Shown here: in pieces, positions 29,761 through 39,922 of the stretch
Position numbering within the stretch: position 1 is the stretch's first letter
How the letters are laid out: each line of letters starts with the position of its first letter
Made by a program: the position numbers and the translations under genes
DNA from: Candidatus Latescibacterota bacterium
GTDB taxonomy: Bacteria; Latescibacterota; UBA2968; UBA8231
DNA: 64,000 bases
Assembly: GCA_965200315.1 (NCBI GenBank)
Contig: OZ241362.1
Span: 2,880,001 to 2,944,000 of the forward strand
Direction: 5' to 3'
Notes under the pieces: generated by a model
Database searches by the model: none
What the model saw: only the letters and a program-made list of their open reading frames with translations
Told to the model about the DNA's origin: nothing

Positions 29761-31473
29761 TTACTGGCTCTGCTCAACTATTCCGCTTCCCTCGCGAATC
29801 ACCAAGACCCTGTTGGGGGACAGAGCTGCAAAGCTCTCGACCCGACCGCTCGGCCAGAATACCTCTAGCTGATCTACAGTAGTGCATTCGCCCAAGCCGA
29901 AGTGGGCTCTCAAGTCGTTCTGGGATAGATAGCTCGAACCGCTCCGCACCTCATTGACCTGCATCACGTCCCCGCAGCGGAGTTTTACCCGAGCGCCGAT
30001 GCCGTCCCTGTTGCTGTCGGTGCCTTCCGTCTGGACTATCAGATAGTTGTTTCGATCACCTCCGTCGTTGCGCAGCAGCGTCGGGAGAGCGTTGAGCTCC
30101 AAGACGAATATGTCGAGGTCACCATCGGAATCGTAATCCCCGAAAGAAGCGCCTCTGCTTACCTTCTCGATCTGCAGTCCCGCGCCCGAGGTAAGGGACA
30201 CCTCGGCAAAGGTGCCATCCCCCCTATTCTCGAACAGTTGGTTTGTCTGGGCATAGCTGACTCCCAAGTTCGCCCTGTCGACCTGCGGATAGACATGGCC
30301 GTTGGCGACGAAAAGATCCTTGTCGCCGTCGTTGTCGTAGTCGAAAAACTCGGTGCCCCAAGCGAGGAACTGGAAGCTCTCCAACCCCACTCCCGCATCG
30401 AAAGTGAGGTCCGAGAAAAACCGCCCTTTGTCGTTGTGATACAGGGTGTTTGTCTCTTCCCAGAAGTTGGTGACCAGTATGTCCAGATACGCGTCGTTGT
30501 CGTAGTCCCCGAAGGCGATGCCCATGCATCCCTGTGGCTGGCCGCCCTCGCCGTATGCCGCGCCCTTCATCCAAGCCACGTCGGCAAAGGTCCCGTCGCC
30601 CCTGTTCTCGTAGAGATAGTTGGGGCCCGTATCGTTGGCCACGTAAATATCCGAATCGCCGTCATTGTCGTAGTCCCCCGCAACTACACCGAGTCCGTAC
30701 AGCATATCGCGATCCACAAGACCGGCGGCGGCAGTCGCATCGGAAAAGACGCCCTCGCCCTCGTTGCGGTAGAATACGTCCGCCTCCCCCCGCATCCCTT
30801 GAGGTCCGAAATGGACCGTCAACTCCCGCCACTCGTGCCTCCTGTCGGGAGTGGTTTCCATGAAATGATCGAAATCGACGTAGTTCGCCACATACAGGTC
30901 GAGATCGCCATCGCGGTCGGAGTCGAAGAAAGCACATCCGGTGCTGAATGACTCATCGCCGAAGACTCCGGCGCGCTGCGCGACATCGGCAAAGGCCCCA
31001 TCTCCCCGATTTTTGTACAGCGCGTTGCTGCCGTAGTTGGTCACATAGATGTCTGCATCCCCGTCGTTGTCGTAATCGGCCACGGCGCAGCCCATTCCCC
31101 AACCGGTGTCCCCGAGACCCGATTCTTCTGTGGCGTTCAAAAACGTCGTGCCCTCGTTGCGGTAGAGGGCATTGCGCGGACGATCCCGGCCGGGAAATCC
31201 CCCCACTCTCGACCCGTTCAGCACATACAGATCCAGATCCCCGTCCCGGTCGTAGTCGAAGAAGGCCGACCCCCCTATGAAGGCATCGACCACGTACTGC
31301 TGTTCGCCATCACCGGAGACGTTCATCAAGCTGACGCCGACCTCGGCCGCGACATCGACAAACTGCACGCGGGTGCCGAGCACGAGCCCGGCGGCGGCCT
31401 GCAAGGGGCTACAGAAGGAGATCGAGATGAGAAAATGGAGCCCGGAGGTATAGAGACGAGATCCGCGAGCCAT
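29761..31473 (-). CDS. CRTAC1 family protein (FG-GAP repeats + ASPIC/UnbV)
   Basis: Repeated DYDNDGD.D.YV.N; SNRDGIGARV, SYLSQN..HFGLG, WPSG. Confidence 0.92.
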   Translation of the reverse strand: MARGSRLYTSGLHFLISISFCSPLQAAAGLVLGTRVQFVDVAAEVGVSLMNVSGDGEQQYVVDAFIGGSAFFDYDRDGDLDLYVLNGSRVGGFPGRDRPRNALYRNEGTTFLNATEESGLGDTGWGMGCAVADYDNDGDADIYVTNYGSNALYKNRGDGAFADVAQRAGVFGDESFSTGCAFFDSDRDGDLDLYVANYVDFDHFMETTPDRRHEWRELTVHFGPQGMRGEADVFYRNEGEGVFSDATAAAGLVDRDMLYGLGVVAGDYDNDGDSDIYVANDTGPNYLYENRGDGTFADVAWMKGAAYGEGGQPQGCMGIAFGDYDNDAYLDILVTNFWEETNTLYHNDKGRFFSDLTFDAGVGLESFQFLAWGTEFFDYDNDGDKDLFVANGHVYPQVDRANLGVSYAQTNQLFENRGDGTFAEVSLTSGAGLQIEKVSRGASFGDYDSDGDLDIFVLELNALPTLLRNDGGDRNNYLIVQTEGTDSNRDGIGARVKLRCGDVMQVNEVRSGSSYLSQNDLRAHFGLGECTTVDQLEVFWPSGRVESFAALSPNRVLVIREGSGIVEQSQ

Positions 31474-31484
31474 CCGGTGTCAAC

Positions 31485-33053
31485 TCATGGTCCGTTCTCG
31501 TCTGCCGGCTCTAGGCGGCGAGCGATCTCGAACTGCTCATCTGCTTCGTGATACCTGCCCGTTTTCAGGTAGGCGTCGCCGAGACGGCGATGGTATTCGG
31601 CATTGGCGGGGTCGAGAGCGATGGCGAGCTTGTACTCGTTGATGGCGCTGATGTCCCGTCCCTGTCTGGAATACTGCACGGCGAGGTCGAAGTGAAACTG
31701 CGGATTGTCGGGGACCAAGGCGACGCTGCGTTCGAGTTCGGCGATGTTGCCTTCGCGCTGCTGCCGGAATATCTGCATCTCCCTCTCGCCCTCTTCGCGA
31801 TTCCCTTGCTTGAAATAGGCGTTGGCGAGACCGAAATGTGCTTCTGTGTTGAAGTAGTCGAGTCCGATGGCCTTCTCATACTCCGCGATCGCCTCTTCGG
31901 TCCTTCCGGTCTGGGCATACACAGCTCCTAGGGCGTAGTGGAAGAGCGCGTTGTCCGGCTCGCGCTCAATTGCCTGCCTGTACTGGTCGACAGCCTCCTC
32001 GTATTTCCGGTGTCTGGAGTAAATCATACCGAGGCGATAGCGCGTGTACGCAAGGTCGGGATCCACCGTCAGGGTCTTTCTGTACTGCGCCTCCGCTTCC
32101 TCGTAGTTGCGCTGTCGCTCATAGGCCATGCCGAGGTTGTGCTGGAACCAACCGTTGTCGGGAGCCAGCTCAATCGCCTTGTGGTGTTCCTGCACGGCGG
32201 CAGCAAGTTTGTCCTGGTCTGCCATGGCCGCTCCCAAGAGCACGTGTGACTGTTCGGTGTACACAAGCCCCAGCTTGTCGTGAACATCTGCACGACGAGG
32301 GTCGAGCCGCAGGGTTGCGGCCAATGCGTCGGCCGCTTCGCTCAGTCTGCCGATGGCCATGTACGCTTTCCCTAGGACATAGTGGACCGACGGTTCATTC
32401 TCGACCAGCTTTGCAGCCTGCTGCAGTTCTTCTATCGCTTTCGCGTATTGCTGTTTCTGAAGATAGATGGCTCCAAGGCGATAGCGAGAGGGGCCGTGGT
32501 CGGAGTTTAGCCGGAGCACAATCTTGAAGTGCTCCGCCGCCATCGGTTTTCCCTCCTGCGAGTAGATCATGCCGAGCCCGTGATGAGCGGGGAAGTACGT
32601 CGGATCGGATGCGATCACTCTTTCGTAGGCATCCTTTGCTTTTTCGTGATCTTGGCGGAGCAGGAAGATCTTTCCCAGCTTGTAGAGAGACGGCGCATAG
32701 TCGGGGTCGATCTCCAGTACTCTCTCGAATTCTGCCTCTGCCTCTTGGAATCTTTTCTGCAGAGCGTAGATGAAACCGAGGCCGTCGCGCGGGCGCACGT
32801 CAGTCGAATCGATCTCGATCGCTTTCCTGTATTCCCGCTCGGCGCTCTGGAAGTTACCCCTCTGCACATGGCGCAGCCCGAGTCTGTAGTGGTGTTCACT
32901 CTTGTCGAACTCCTCGCTGAGAAGCTTCTGGGGGCATACTAGGAAGCAGACGGCGAATGCCGCGCAGCCAACGAGCAGTCCAGCCCCAGTATTGGGGCCG
33001 CCACCGCGCGCGGTCCGTCGCCAGCATTGGCGACGCAAATCAGTGCTGGTCAT
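31485..33053 (-). CDS. Tetratricopeptide repeat protein
   Basis: About 12 TPR units after an N-terminal hydrophobic segment. Confidence 0.9.
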   Translation of the reverse strand: MTSTDLRRQCWRRTARGGGPNTGAGLLVGCAAFAVCFLVCPQKLLSEEFDKSEHHYRLGLRHVQRGNFQSAEREYRKAIEIDSTDVRPRDGLGFIYALQKRFQEAEAEFERVLEIDPDYAPSLYKLGKIFLLRQDHEKAKDAYERVIASDPTYFPAHHGLGMIYSQEGKPMAAEHFKIVLRLNSDHGPSRYRLGAIYLQKQQYAKAIEELQQAAKLVENEPSVHYVLGKAYMAIGRLSEAADALAATLRLDPRRADVHDKLGLVYTEQSHVLLGAAMADQDKLAAAVQEHHKAIELAPDNGWFQHNLGMAYERQRNYEEAEAQYRKTLTVDPDLAYTRYRLGMIYSRHRKYEEAVDQYRQAIEREPDNALFHYALGAVYAQTGRTEEAIAEYEKAIGLDYFNTEAHFGLANAYFKQGNREEGEREMQIFRQQREGNIAELERSVALVPDNPQFHFDLAVQYSRQGRDISAINEYKLAIALDPANAEYHRRLGDAYLKTGRYHEADEQFEIARRLEPADENGP

Positions 33054-33071
33054 GCTGAAAAAAAACGATTG

Positions 33072-35063
33072 TCAATAGGCCACCGCAACGATGCCGCTAC
33101 TGGTCTCCTTCTCTGACTGCACGTCCACCACCAGCCGGTACAGATACAGCCCCGGCGACACCAGCTCATTCGAGTCGTCCCGGCCATCCCACACGTGGCT
33201 GTACTCACCCACTGGATTCTCCCCCTCATACACCCGCCTCACCAGCCGACCCGACAGATCGTAGATCTCGAGCGACACCGGCACTGCTGAGGTCAACCTC
33301 AGTAGCTTATAAGATATGTTCACCACCTCATTCACCCCATCGCCGTTCGGGGTGAACGGATTCGGCAAGACCCGCGGCGAAAACACCAGCGATTCGCTCA
33401 GAGCCGTTCTCACCGACAAACGATCGCCTTCGATCTCATTGGTAGCATTGCCCGGCACGACCCGCTGCCGCACCTCGTGCGGCCTAGTCGTGTCGAACAC
33501 CCTGCCTGCAAACAGGGTGCCCACTTCTCTCAGTACCGGAGCGGTGAACACCACCTCTACCAGCGCACCGCTGTCCGTCGACTCCAGCCGGCGCGGGAGC
33601 AAAACCTCAAACCCCAGACCGTCTTCGTGGATAGTCCACGAGAAATCCGCCTGATCGATGCCGGCTATGCGCAGCGAATCGACCGACACCACCCCTGAAG
33701 GCGTCGCGATCTCCACCCCGTCAAAACTGCTGTCGATGGACCGGATCGTCGGACTGATGTAATACGTAAATTGCGTCGCATCGCCCACCTCGGTCTCGGT
33801 CGGGTGAATTTCCCCTACCAAGCGGCGAACCGACGGCGGGACCGACGCCTTGAACTCTATGTAGTCGATCTTGCCCCCCTCTTTGACGGTGGTAGAGGCA
33901 AAATCCACTCGGATCTGGACGAACTTCCGCGGACCGGGGGATGCAATAGGGACCCCGGGATGCCCGAACGCATACGGACTCGAATAGAAGCTCCAGTGCT
34001 CCGTGTCGGGACGCCTCCGGTCCTGCTCGTCTTCCGGTTTGAGGAAATCAGCCAGTTTGTCATACTGGTGCTTGTACTCCGTCAGACTCAGATCGCCGCC
34101 CCCTTGGAGAAACCTGACGATGTCCTGCTGCTCGGGGCGGGTCTCCCAGAAAATGACCGGGTGCGGATCGGTTCCTGCCCGGGTGCGGATCGCGACTTGG
34201 GCGTGGGGATCCTGCTGTCCCGACCAGCGGATCTCGCCTAGACTGGCGATGTCGTCCAGTTCGATGACGTCGGATTCATATGAGGCCTTCCTCACGTACC
34301 CCCCCCCGTACAACTCGAAAGCGGCCAGTCCGATCTCCTTGGGTGTTTGCCGAAGGATCCGCAACTGCACAAAGTTGGTCGTCACGGGTCGATCGAGCAT
34401 CACGCTGACTTCGGGTTCAGTATTGCCCTCTACCTCCACAACAGTTGGGAGATTCGGGACGTGTCCAACTATACCGTATCTCTCGTCGCTGACACCAATG
34501 ACGAATTGCTCTAGGAAGTGATCCGACCTGTCCGCCAGAGGCCTCAGTCTCACCTCCCTGATGAGGAATCGTCCGCCTAGATCGAAATGCACTCTCAACG
34601 ATGCACCGGGGTCGTTACAACAGGCGGCGCGAAAGTCGAGGGTCGCTTGATCTATGGCCTTCCATGTGTGCGCCGTACTCGGGTCCTGATCAACCAGCAG
34701 GTTTCCGATCGCTTGGTCGAAGTTGCCCCTACCAGCTTCCCGCTGCACTGCCACCCAGCCGTCTCTGCTCAACAGCGTTGCGGCGATATCCTCGTCTTCT
34801 GCGAAGAAATTGGGCTGCAGTACGCCCACTTGTAGCGAGTCTGGATCGAGGGCGTCCTCTAGCTGCGAGGCCGACCAGTCGAGCTCCCTAAAATCGATGC
34901 CGATCCCCTCTAGGCTATCCCTTTCCACCTCGGAAAAGGGCGCACCGATGCGGTAGACGATCACGCCCGAAGCGTCGCGCACATTGAAAGCGAGGGCAAT
35001 GAAGACAAGCAGGAACATTCCTGTCGTCATCTGGCAGAAAGATTGGGAGGGAACTGATACCAT
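33072..35063 (-). CDS. Secreted protein with C-terminal FlgD-Ig/CHU_C-like domain
   Basis: Signal peptide; PNPFTPNGDGVN...IYDLSGRLVR...WDGRD...PGLYLY...VAY*; start uncertain (35063 or 35030). Confidence 0.8.
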   Translation of the reverse strand: MVSVPSQSFCQMTTGMFLLVFIALAFNVRDASGVIVYRIGAPFSEVERDSLEGIGIDFRELDWSASQLEDALDPDSLQVGVLQPNFFAEDEDIAATLLSRDGWVAVQREAGRGNFDQAIGNLLVDQDPSTAHTWKAIDQATLDFRAACCNDPGASLRVHFDLGGRFLIREVRLRPLADRSDHFLEQFVIGVSDERYGIVGHVPNLPTVVEVEGNTEPEVSVMLDRPVTTNFVQLRILRQTPKEIGLAAFELYGGGYVRKASYESDVIELDDIASLGEIRWSGQQDPHAQVAIRTRAGTDPHPVIFWETRPEQQDIVRFLQGGGDLSLTEYKHQYDKLADFLKPEDEQDRRRPDTEHWSFYSSPYAFGHPGVPIASPGPRKFVQIRVDFASTTVKEGGKIDYIEFKASVPPSVRRLVGEIHPTETEVGDATQFTYYISPTIRSIDSSFDGVEIATPSGVVSVDSLRIAGIDQADFSWTIHEDGLGFEVLLPRRLESTDSGALVEVVFTAPVLREVGTLFAGRVFDTTRPHEVRQRVVPGNATNEIEGDRLSVRTALSESLVFSPRVLPNPFTPNGDGVNEVVNISYKLLRLTSAVPVSLEIYDLSGRLVRRVYEGENPVGEYSHVWDGRDDSNELVSPGLYLYRLVVDVQSEKETSSGIVAVAY

Positions 35064-35259
35064 TGAGCGGTCCGACGCCAAAATTGGCGTCGCAATGTCA
35101 AGCACCCGTCGGACTGTGAATGTCCAAGCGCGGCTGGCTGAACTAGGCCCTGCAAGGATACAACAAAAACCCCGACCCTTCAAATTAAACTGGTCGGCCC
35201 ACTAGTGCTCTGCAATTGACGGTAACGAGACCTGAGCATGCGGCTGTGATCCAAGCCCT

Positions 35260-36330
35260 TCACTTTACCATTACTTGGTTCACCTTGACGCGCCGGGCCT
35301 TTCCCTTGGGCCCCTCGACGTTCAGCGTAACCACGAACTCGCCCGGTTCCTCGTACTGGTGAATCGGGTGCTGTTCGGTCGACGACCTGCCATCGCCGAA
35401 GTCCCACGACCACGATGTGATCTCTCCACGGGATCGATCCGTGAAAGCGACCATCCGGCGATCCATGTCGATCACCGTAAAGGTGTATTCCGCCTCAAGC
35501 GGCTTGAGATATTCCGCCTCCAGCGGCATCAATCGGAATGCACACAGGTTCGAGGCGTCGCTGTCCATGCGGGTCTCGTGCGAAAGGTTCCAGAACCCCT
35601 CGTATTCCGCGTGGTCCTCGTCGAAATCGAGGACCGCCCAAGACAGAGCGATAAGGCTGCTCTCCTCTAGCTTCGACACAGCTGCCCGCTCCGGGCCATC
35701 GTACGGAGCATAGTCGAAAGGCGTGATCCAGAATTCCAGCACGAGCTTGCCGCTCTCCCCTTCCTCGAAATCGTACGAGTACGCGTGATTGGCGTACGGC
35801 AACCTGCCGATCCACGGCTGACACCCCCAGACGAACACCCAATCCCGTCCTTCCCCGGCAGGTGTGAAGATATGGTAGTTCTGGGCATGCACTCCCTTGA
35901 ACAGGAAGTGGCTTTCCCACTCGTCGTCGATCTGGGGGTTGGCAATGTTCGGCCCGCCGGACCGGTCCGCGTCGATGGCGATTTCAAACAAGTCTCCGTA
36001 TTTGTAGTACATATTCCAGTAGTCGTCGTACGCCTCGTAGAGGAAATAGAGCCGGTTCAGGCCCTTGACCCAACCGACGCGCACGGTGACGTCCAAGTCT
36101 TCGCGGTCGTGATTGGTGAAGTTCCCCATGACCGTGTCGGAAAGCTGGTCGGTTCCGTATGCGTAGCTGTCGGGGACCATCGTCCAGTCGTCGGTCTGGC
36201 CGTCGATGCGGGGAATCATGTTGGCGGGAAACTGGAAGATCTTGAATTCCGTGTCGGTTCGCTGTAGGGCCTGAGACGGTGAGATACCCAACAGTACGGC
36301 CGCTGCGATTCCACATGCCTGCTTGATCAA
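35260..36330 (-). CDS. Secreted CBM9-like + PKD domain protein
   Basis: PRIDG.TDDW; PKD motif SWSWDFGDG..STEQHP.H.Y..PG. Confidence 0.8.
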   Translation of the reverse strand: MIKQACGIAAAVLLGISPSQALQRTDTEFKIFQFPANMIPRIDGQTDDWTMVPDSYAYGTDQLSDTVMGNFTNHDREDLDVTVRVGWVKGLNRLYFLYEAYDDYWNMYYKYGDLFEIAIDADRSGGPNIANPQIDDEWESHFLFKGVHAQNYHIFTPAGEGRDWVFVWGCQPWIGRLPYANHAYSYDFEEGESGKLVLEFWITPFDYAPYDGPERAAVSKLEESSLIALSWAVLDFDEDHAEYEGFWNLSHETRMDSDASNLCAFRLMPLEAEYLKPLEAEYTFTVIDMDRRMVAFTDRSRGEITSWSWDFGDGRSSTEQHPIHQYEEPGEFVVTLNVEGPKGKARRVKVNQVMVK

Positions 36331-36363
36331 GTGTTCCCCCTTTCTAGGGCGATAGACGGAGCG

Positions 36364-36690
36364 CTATTGATCCTTGAAGATCCCGATGCGGTGATTGGCC
36401 GTTGACAGGAACCACTCCTCTCCCTCGTGGTACACCGGTAGATTGCTCGCTAGCTGATCGGGCATGTGGCATTGGGTACAGCGGTCGCCCGGCGCTAGCT
36501 TCCCGACCCCAGCATTGGAGGCGCATTCGGGCTCTCCAGCGTGGGATTGCTCGTAGACAGGCCAAGCACTTCCGCGAAAACATCGCGGTCTTGTCCGTCT
36601 CGCCTTCATGCACATTGTGGCAGGTGGAGCACGTCATGCTGCCCGACTCTTCAAAACAGCGACTTTCCTAAAGGAACGGAACCTGCCCCC
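36364..36690 (-). pseudogene. Multiheme cytochrome c C-terminal remnant
   Basis: SRCFEESGSMTCSTCHNVH, CLAC then a frameshift, CTQCHMP..NHRIGI; no N-terminus. Confidence 0.75.
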
Positions 36691-36765
36691 CGTGGACCGA
36701 CAGCTTCTTCTGCTCCGCCTTCGCGTATATGCGATCTCCCGATTACTGCCGAGCGACCGATGTCA

Positions 36766-37038
36766 CTATTTCAGCGGCAGTAGTTTGCGCACGTCGACCT
36801 GCTTCCCAGCCTGCAGTCTGTAGATATACACGCCATTGGCCAGTTCACGTCCTTGTTTGTCCCGGCCGTCCCAAGTCCCGGCATCCAAGACCGTGCATAG
36901 CAACCTCCGGGCTTTCTGGCCGGCGAGATTGTAGATCGCCAGTTCGACATCGCCCCGCGTGGGAACCGAAAATTCGATCGTGGTGTTGGGGTTAAAGGGA
37001 TTGGGATGGTTCTGGTCCAGCCGGAACTCGTGAGGCAC
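36766..37038 (-). pseudogene. Orphan FlgD-Ig / secretion C-terminal domain fragment
   Basis: LDQNHPNPFNP.T.I...IYNLAGQ...WDGRD...GVYIYRL, with no passenger or signal peptide. Confidence 0.75.
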
Positions 37039-37067
37039 AGTGCGGCGGCGTCAGCGGCGTCAACTGA

Positions 37068-39713
37068 TCAGTGTTCAACCAGCGCCGTCAACGCGGCCAA
37101 CACCTGAATTCGCGCCTCGTCCGCCAACGTGCGATCCACTTTCTCGTTCAGCCAGTGAAAGCCGCCCAAGGGCTGGTTGGAGTCGATCCCGCCTCCGTGG
37201 CCCGCCGCGTCACAGACACTCGCCGGCAGGCTCTCCAGCAACCGACGCGCCGCCGCCACCTCCGGCCCCGTCCTCCCCTGCACAGACGCGTTCTCGATCG
37301 CCCGGTCCAACATGGCGAAGTACTCGTAGTCCTGCACCCCTTCCCGAGCCGCCTCGAGGTGTTTCCCGGCCGTCACCGAGTCCTCGTCAATGAACAGTGG
37401 CGAGTACGCATCCTTGTAGGTGAGATACTCGTTCCACGATGACGCGCCACCCGTGTCGGTCAGCGACCACATGTAGATGGCCGTCGCTCCATAACGCCAG
37501 CTCGTCCACGCCATGAGGCGGCCGGCGTACGGATCGAAGACCCGGCCCGTCCACGCCGCGTAGAATTCCAACCCGATCCCCTGATCCCGCTTCTTCAGGT
37601 AGTAGTCGCGATAGTCTTGGCCCTGTCTCAGGAAGGTCGCGTAGTTCGGGCACAGGACGTGGCACGCATCGATCATCTCCTGATTCGCCCGGTCCATGTC
37701 TCGGTGGTTCGTATCCTCCCAGATGCGGACGCCCGTGCCTGCTTCGCGGATCGCCTTCGCCCACGCCAAGATGCGCTCGTCCATCCACGGCTCGTCAGGC
37801 TCATCCACCAGCAGCAGCGCAAACTGTTCCGGCTGCAATCCCCTCGCCACTATATGCTCCGCCCAGAACGTGATCCACGCCTTCACCGCGGTCGTGAATT
37901 CTGGCGTACCCATGGGCCAAGACTCGAAATGGTCGCCCACTTTCGCGAACACGAGGTACTGGGCTGCATCCGGCCACAATTCGATCCACGCATCGAAGTA
38001 GTCGGTGGCGGGCGGCACCGTCATCGCCCCCTGCGCATCGTGCGTACCCCGCGGCAGCGCCAGCTTGAGGGCCCACGGCGAGTCGACGAGGTGTTCCCTC
38101 AGGTGCTCGATGATCGCCGGCCGGTTCTGCTCCGTCAGAAAGCGGAAGTGACCGACGCGGTCCGTGTAGTCCCATCCTCCCAAGTGCAGCGACTGCTCTT
38201 TCGGGAAGTCGAGGGGATACAGGTGCATGCGCAACGGAAACCGCTTGCCCCCCTGCACGGATTCCACGACTACCTCGCCTTCGTGCGTACCCGGTGCCAC
38301 GTCCACCGGATGGAAGGTCAGCCACACCTGCCGCGTCATGCCCGAGGGCACAGAGACCGAATACTGACTGTCCTCACCCGCAGCAACCTCCGGTAGGGCC
38401 GCCGCCACCGGCACTCCCCTCCGGGTGTCGGTCCAAGCCACCTCGTGAACGGTCACATATCCCGGGTTGTCGCCCCCGGGAAGCCCGCTTAGGCGGAAGG
38501 TCACCTCCGTCAGCTCATCACTGCTGTTGCTCACATTGAACGCCGCCGCACGGTATTCCCTGCGCATCAGATGCACCTCGAGGGCCAATTCCGCGGCCGT
38601 GTCCGGCGTACCAATGAGCGGCAGCGGATCCCACAGATTCGAGCACCAGAACGTAAGTGGCCCCAGCCCCTGGGCGCGCCAGAGCCACGCCTGCGTACGC
38701 AATACTCGTTCGTGCCACGGATTCAGCGGCAGCACGGCTTGGAAGTCATCCCCGAACGCGGTGGCCAGCCCTAACCCCCCTTCCACAGACGCCAACTCGC
38801 CCAGCACATCGCGCTGCGTCTCGACCGGGACACCCTCTTCTGCCGCCGCTTCTTTCAGGGCCTGAATGTCCCGCACAAGGCGCGTCCGAATCCCCTTCTG
38901 GATGGCGATCCGGCCCGCATACTCCTTCACGTCTGCAATGGCCGGCCCCGGCAGCGGCTCATCTACCCACTCCGGCTCTCCTGCGTAGACCTCAATCTCG
39001 TCCACGAACGTATACGGCTCGTTCCACACAACCAGACTGACATATCGCCCGTGTGTCCGCAACCGGTCCGTCCAGTAGCGATAGGTACCATATTTAGCGG
39101 CGCGTTCTTCGTCGAGATCTCGGAGGATCTGCTGACGCACTTCGGCGGTGAGCTCCGGTGGGTAGCGATCGCGGTGGAGGTCGTAATGATGATGTATCTC
39201 GGCTTCATTGAAACTCGCGCCGTCTTGGGCCCACATGGCATCACTCGCCTTCGTCGGTACGAGCGGACCGTGTTGTTCTGCGCTCAACTGCACTAGGTCT
39301 CCGATTTCATGGAATTCCCCGTCTTCACCCGCCACGAGGATGCGGATCGTCAGCGGCCACCTCACGTCCGCAAAACCTGCCGCCGTGTGGAACGACATCC
39401 CTCGTATCGGTTTCACCGCACCGAGATCCAGCGTCAGGACAGAGGGCGTCTTTTCCTGCCAGCCCACGGTCGACAACTGCGCCCAGAAATAGCCCTTCGT
39501 GTAAACCCCATCCGTTAGTTGCTCGGCGTCACCGGGGTCTGTGCAGAGCCCGTAGTTTGGCCCCGGCTCCAGCGTGTAGGTCGCCCCCAGCGCGATGTTC
39601 TCGCTCGGACGGTCCGTCGGAATTGTCTTGGGTGCATTTGGCACCGCCGCCGTGCCTTTGGCCCACGCCAGTGCCACTATCCACAACGCCGCGGCTGTCA
39701 AAGTCCATTTCAT
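37068..39713 (-). CDS. Secreted discoidin + putative glycoside-hydrolase (DUF4091/GH123-like) protein
   Basis: Signal peptide; LTDG..LDLG..GRYV..DEIEVY; LVDEP; REGVQDYEY. Confidence 0.7.
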   Translation of the reverse strand: MKWTLTAAALWIVALAWAKGTAAVPNAPKTIPTDRPSENIALGATYTLEPGPNYGLCTDPGDAEQLTDGVYTKGYFWAQLSTVGWQEKTPSVLTLDLGAVKPIRGMSFHTAAGFADVRWPLTIRILVAGEDGEFHEIGDLVQLSAEQHGPLVPTKASDAMWAQDGASFNEAEIHHHYDLHRDRYPPELTAEVRQQILRDLDEERAAKYGTYRYWTDRLRTHGRYVSLVVWNEPYTFVDEIEVYAGEPEWVDEPLPGPAIADVKEYAGRIAIQKGIRTRLVRDIQALKEAAAEEGVPVETQRDVLGELASVEGGLGLATAFGDDFQAVLPLNPWHERVLRTQAWLWRAQGLGPLTFWCSNLWDPLPLIGTPDTAAELALEVHLMRREYRAAAFNVSNSSDELTEVTFRLSGLPGGDNPGYVTVHEVAWTDTRRGVPVAAALPEVAAGEDSQYSVSVPSGMTRQVWLTFHPVDVAPGTHEGEVVVESVQGGKRFPLRMHLYPLDFPKEQSLHLGGWDYTDRVGHFRFLTEQNRPAIIEHLREHLVDSPWALKLALPRGTHDAQGAMTVPPATDYFDAWIELWPDAAQYLVFAKVGDHFESWPMGTPEFTTAVKAWITFWAEHIVARGLQPEQFALLLVDEPDEPWMDERILAWAKAIREAGTGVRIWEDTNHRDMDRANQEMIDACHVLCPNYATFLRQGQDYRDYYLKKRDQGIGLEFYAAWTGRVFDPYAGRLMAWTSWRYGATAIYMWSLTDTGGASSWNEYLTYKDAYSPLFIDEDSVTAGKHLEAAREGVQDYEYFAMLDRAIENASVQGRTGPEVAAARRLLESLPASVCDAAGHGGGIDSNQPLGGFHWLNEKVDRTLADEARIQVLAALTALVEH

Positions 39714-39754
39714 CGCCTGTCTCTCGCTATCTTTACACTTTGCTATTTAAAATC

Positions 39755-39853
39755 TGGCGGGAACGTGTGGGAATCGAACCCACCCAGCGCAACTCTCGCT
39801 ACGCCGCAACGGATTTGAAGTCCGCGGCAGCCACCAGGCACGCATCCGCTCCC
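39755..39853 (-). tRNA. selC: tRNA-Sec (UCA)
   Basis: GGACTTCAAATCC anticodon arm, long variable arm, GGTTCGATTCC, 3' GCCA; 99 nt. Confidence 0.93.
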
Positions 39854-39922
39854 GCAAAGTTTTCGTTTAGGTACGCAAAAATGTAGAATGACAACCCAAT
39901 AGCACTAACGAGACCTACGGTG

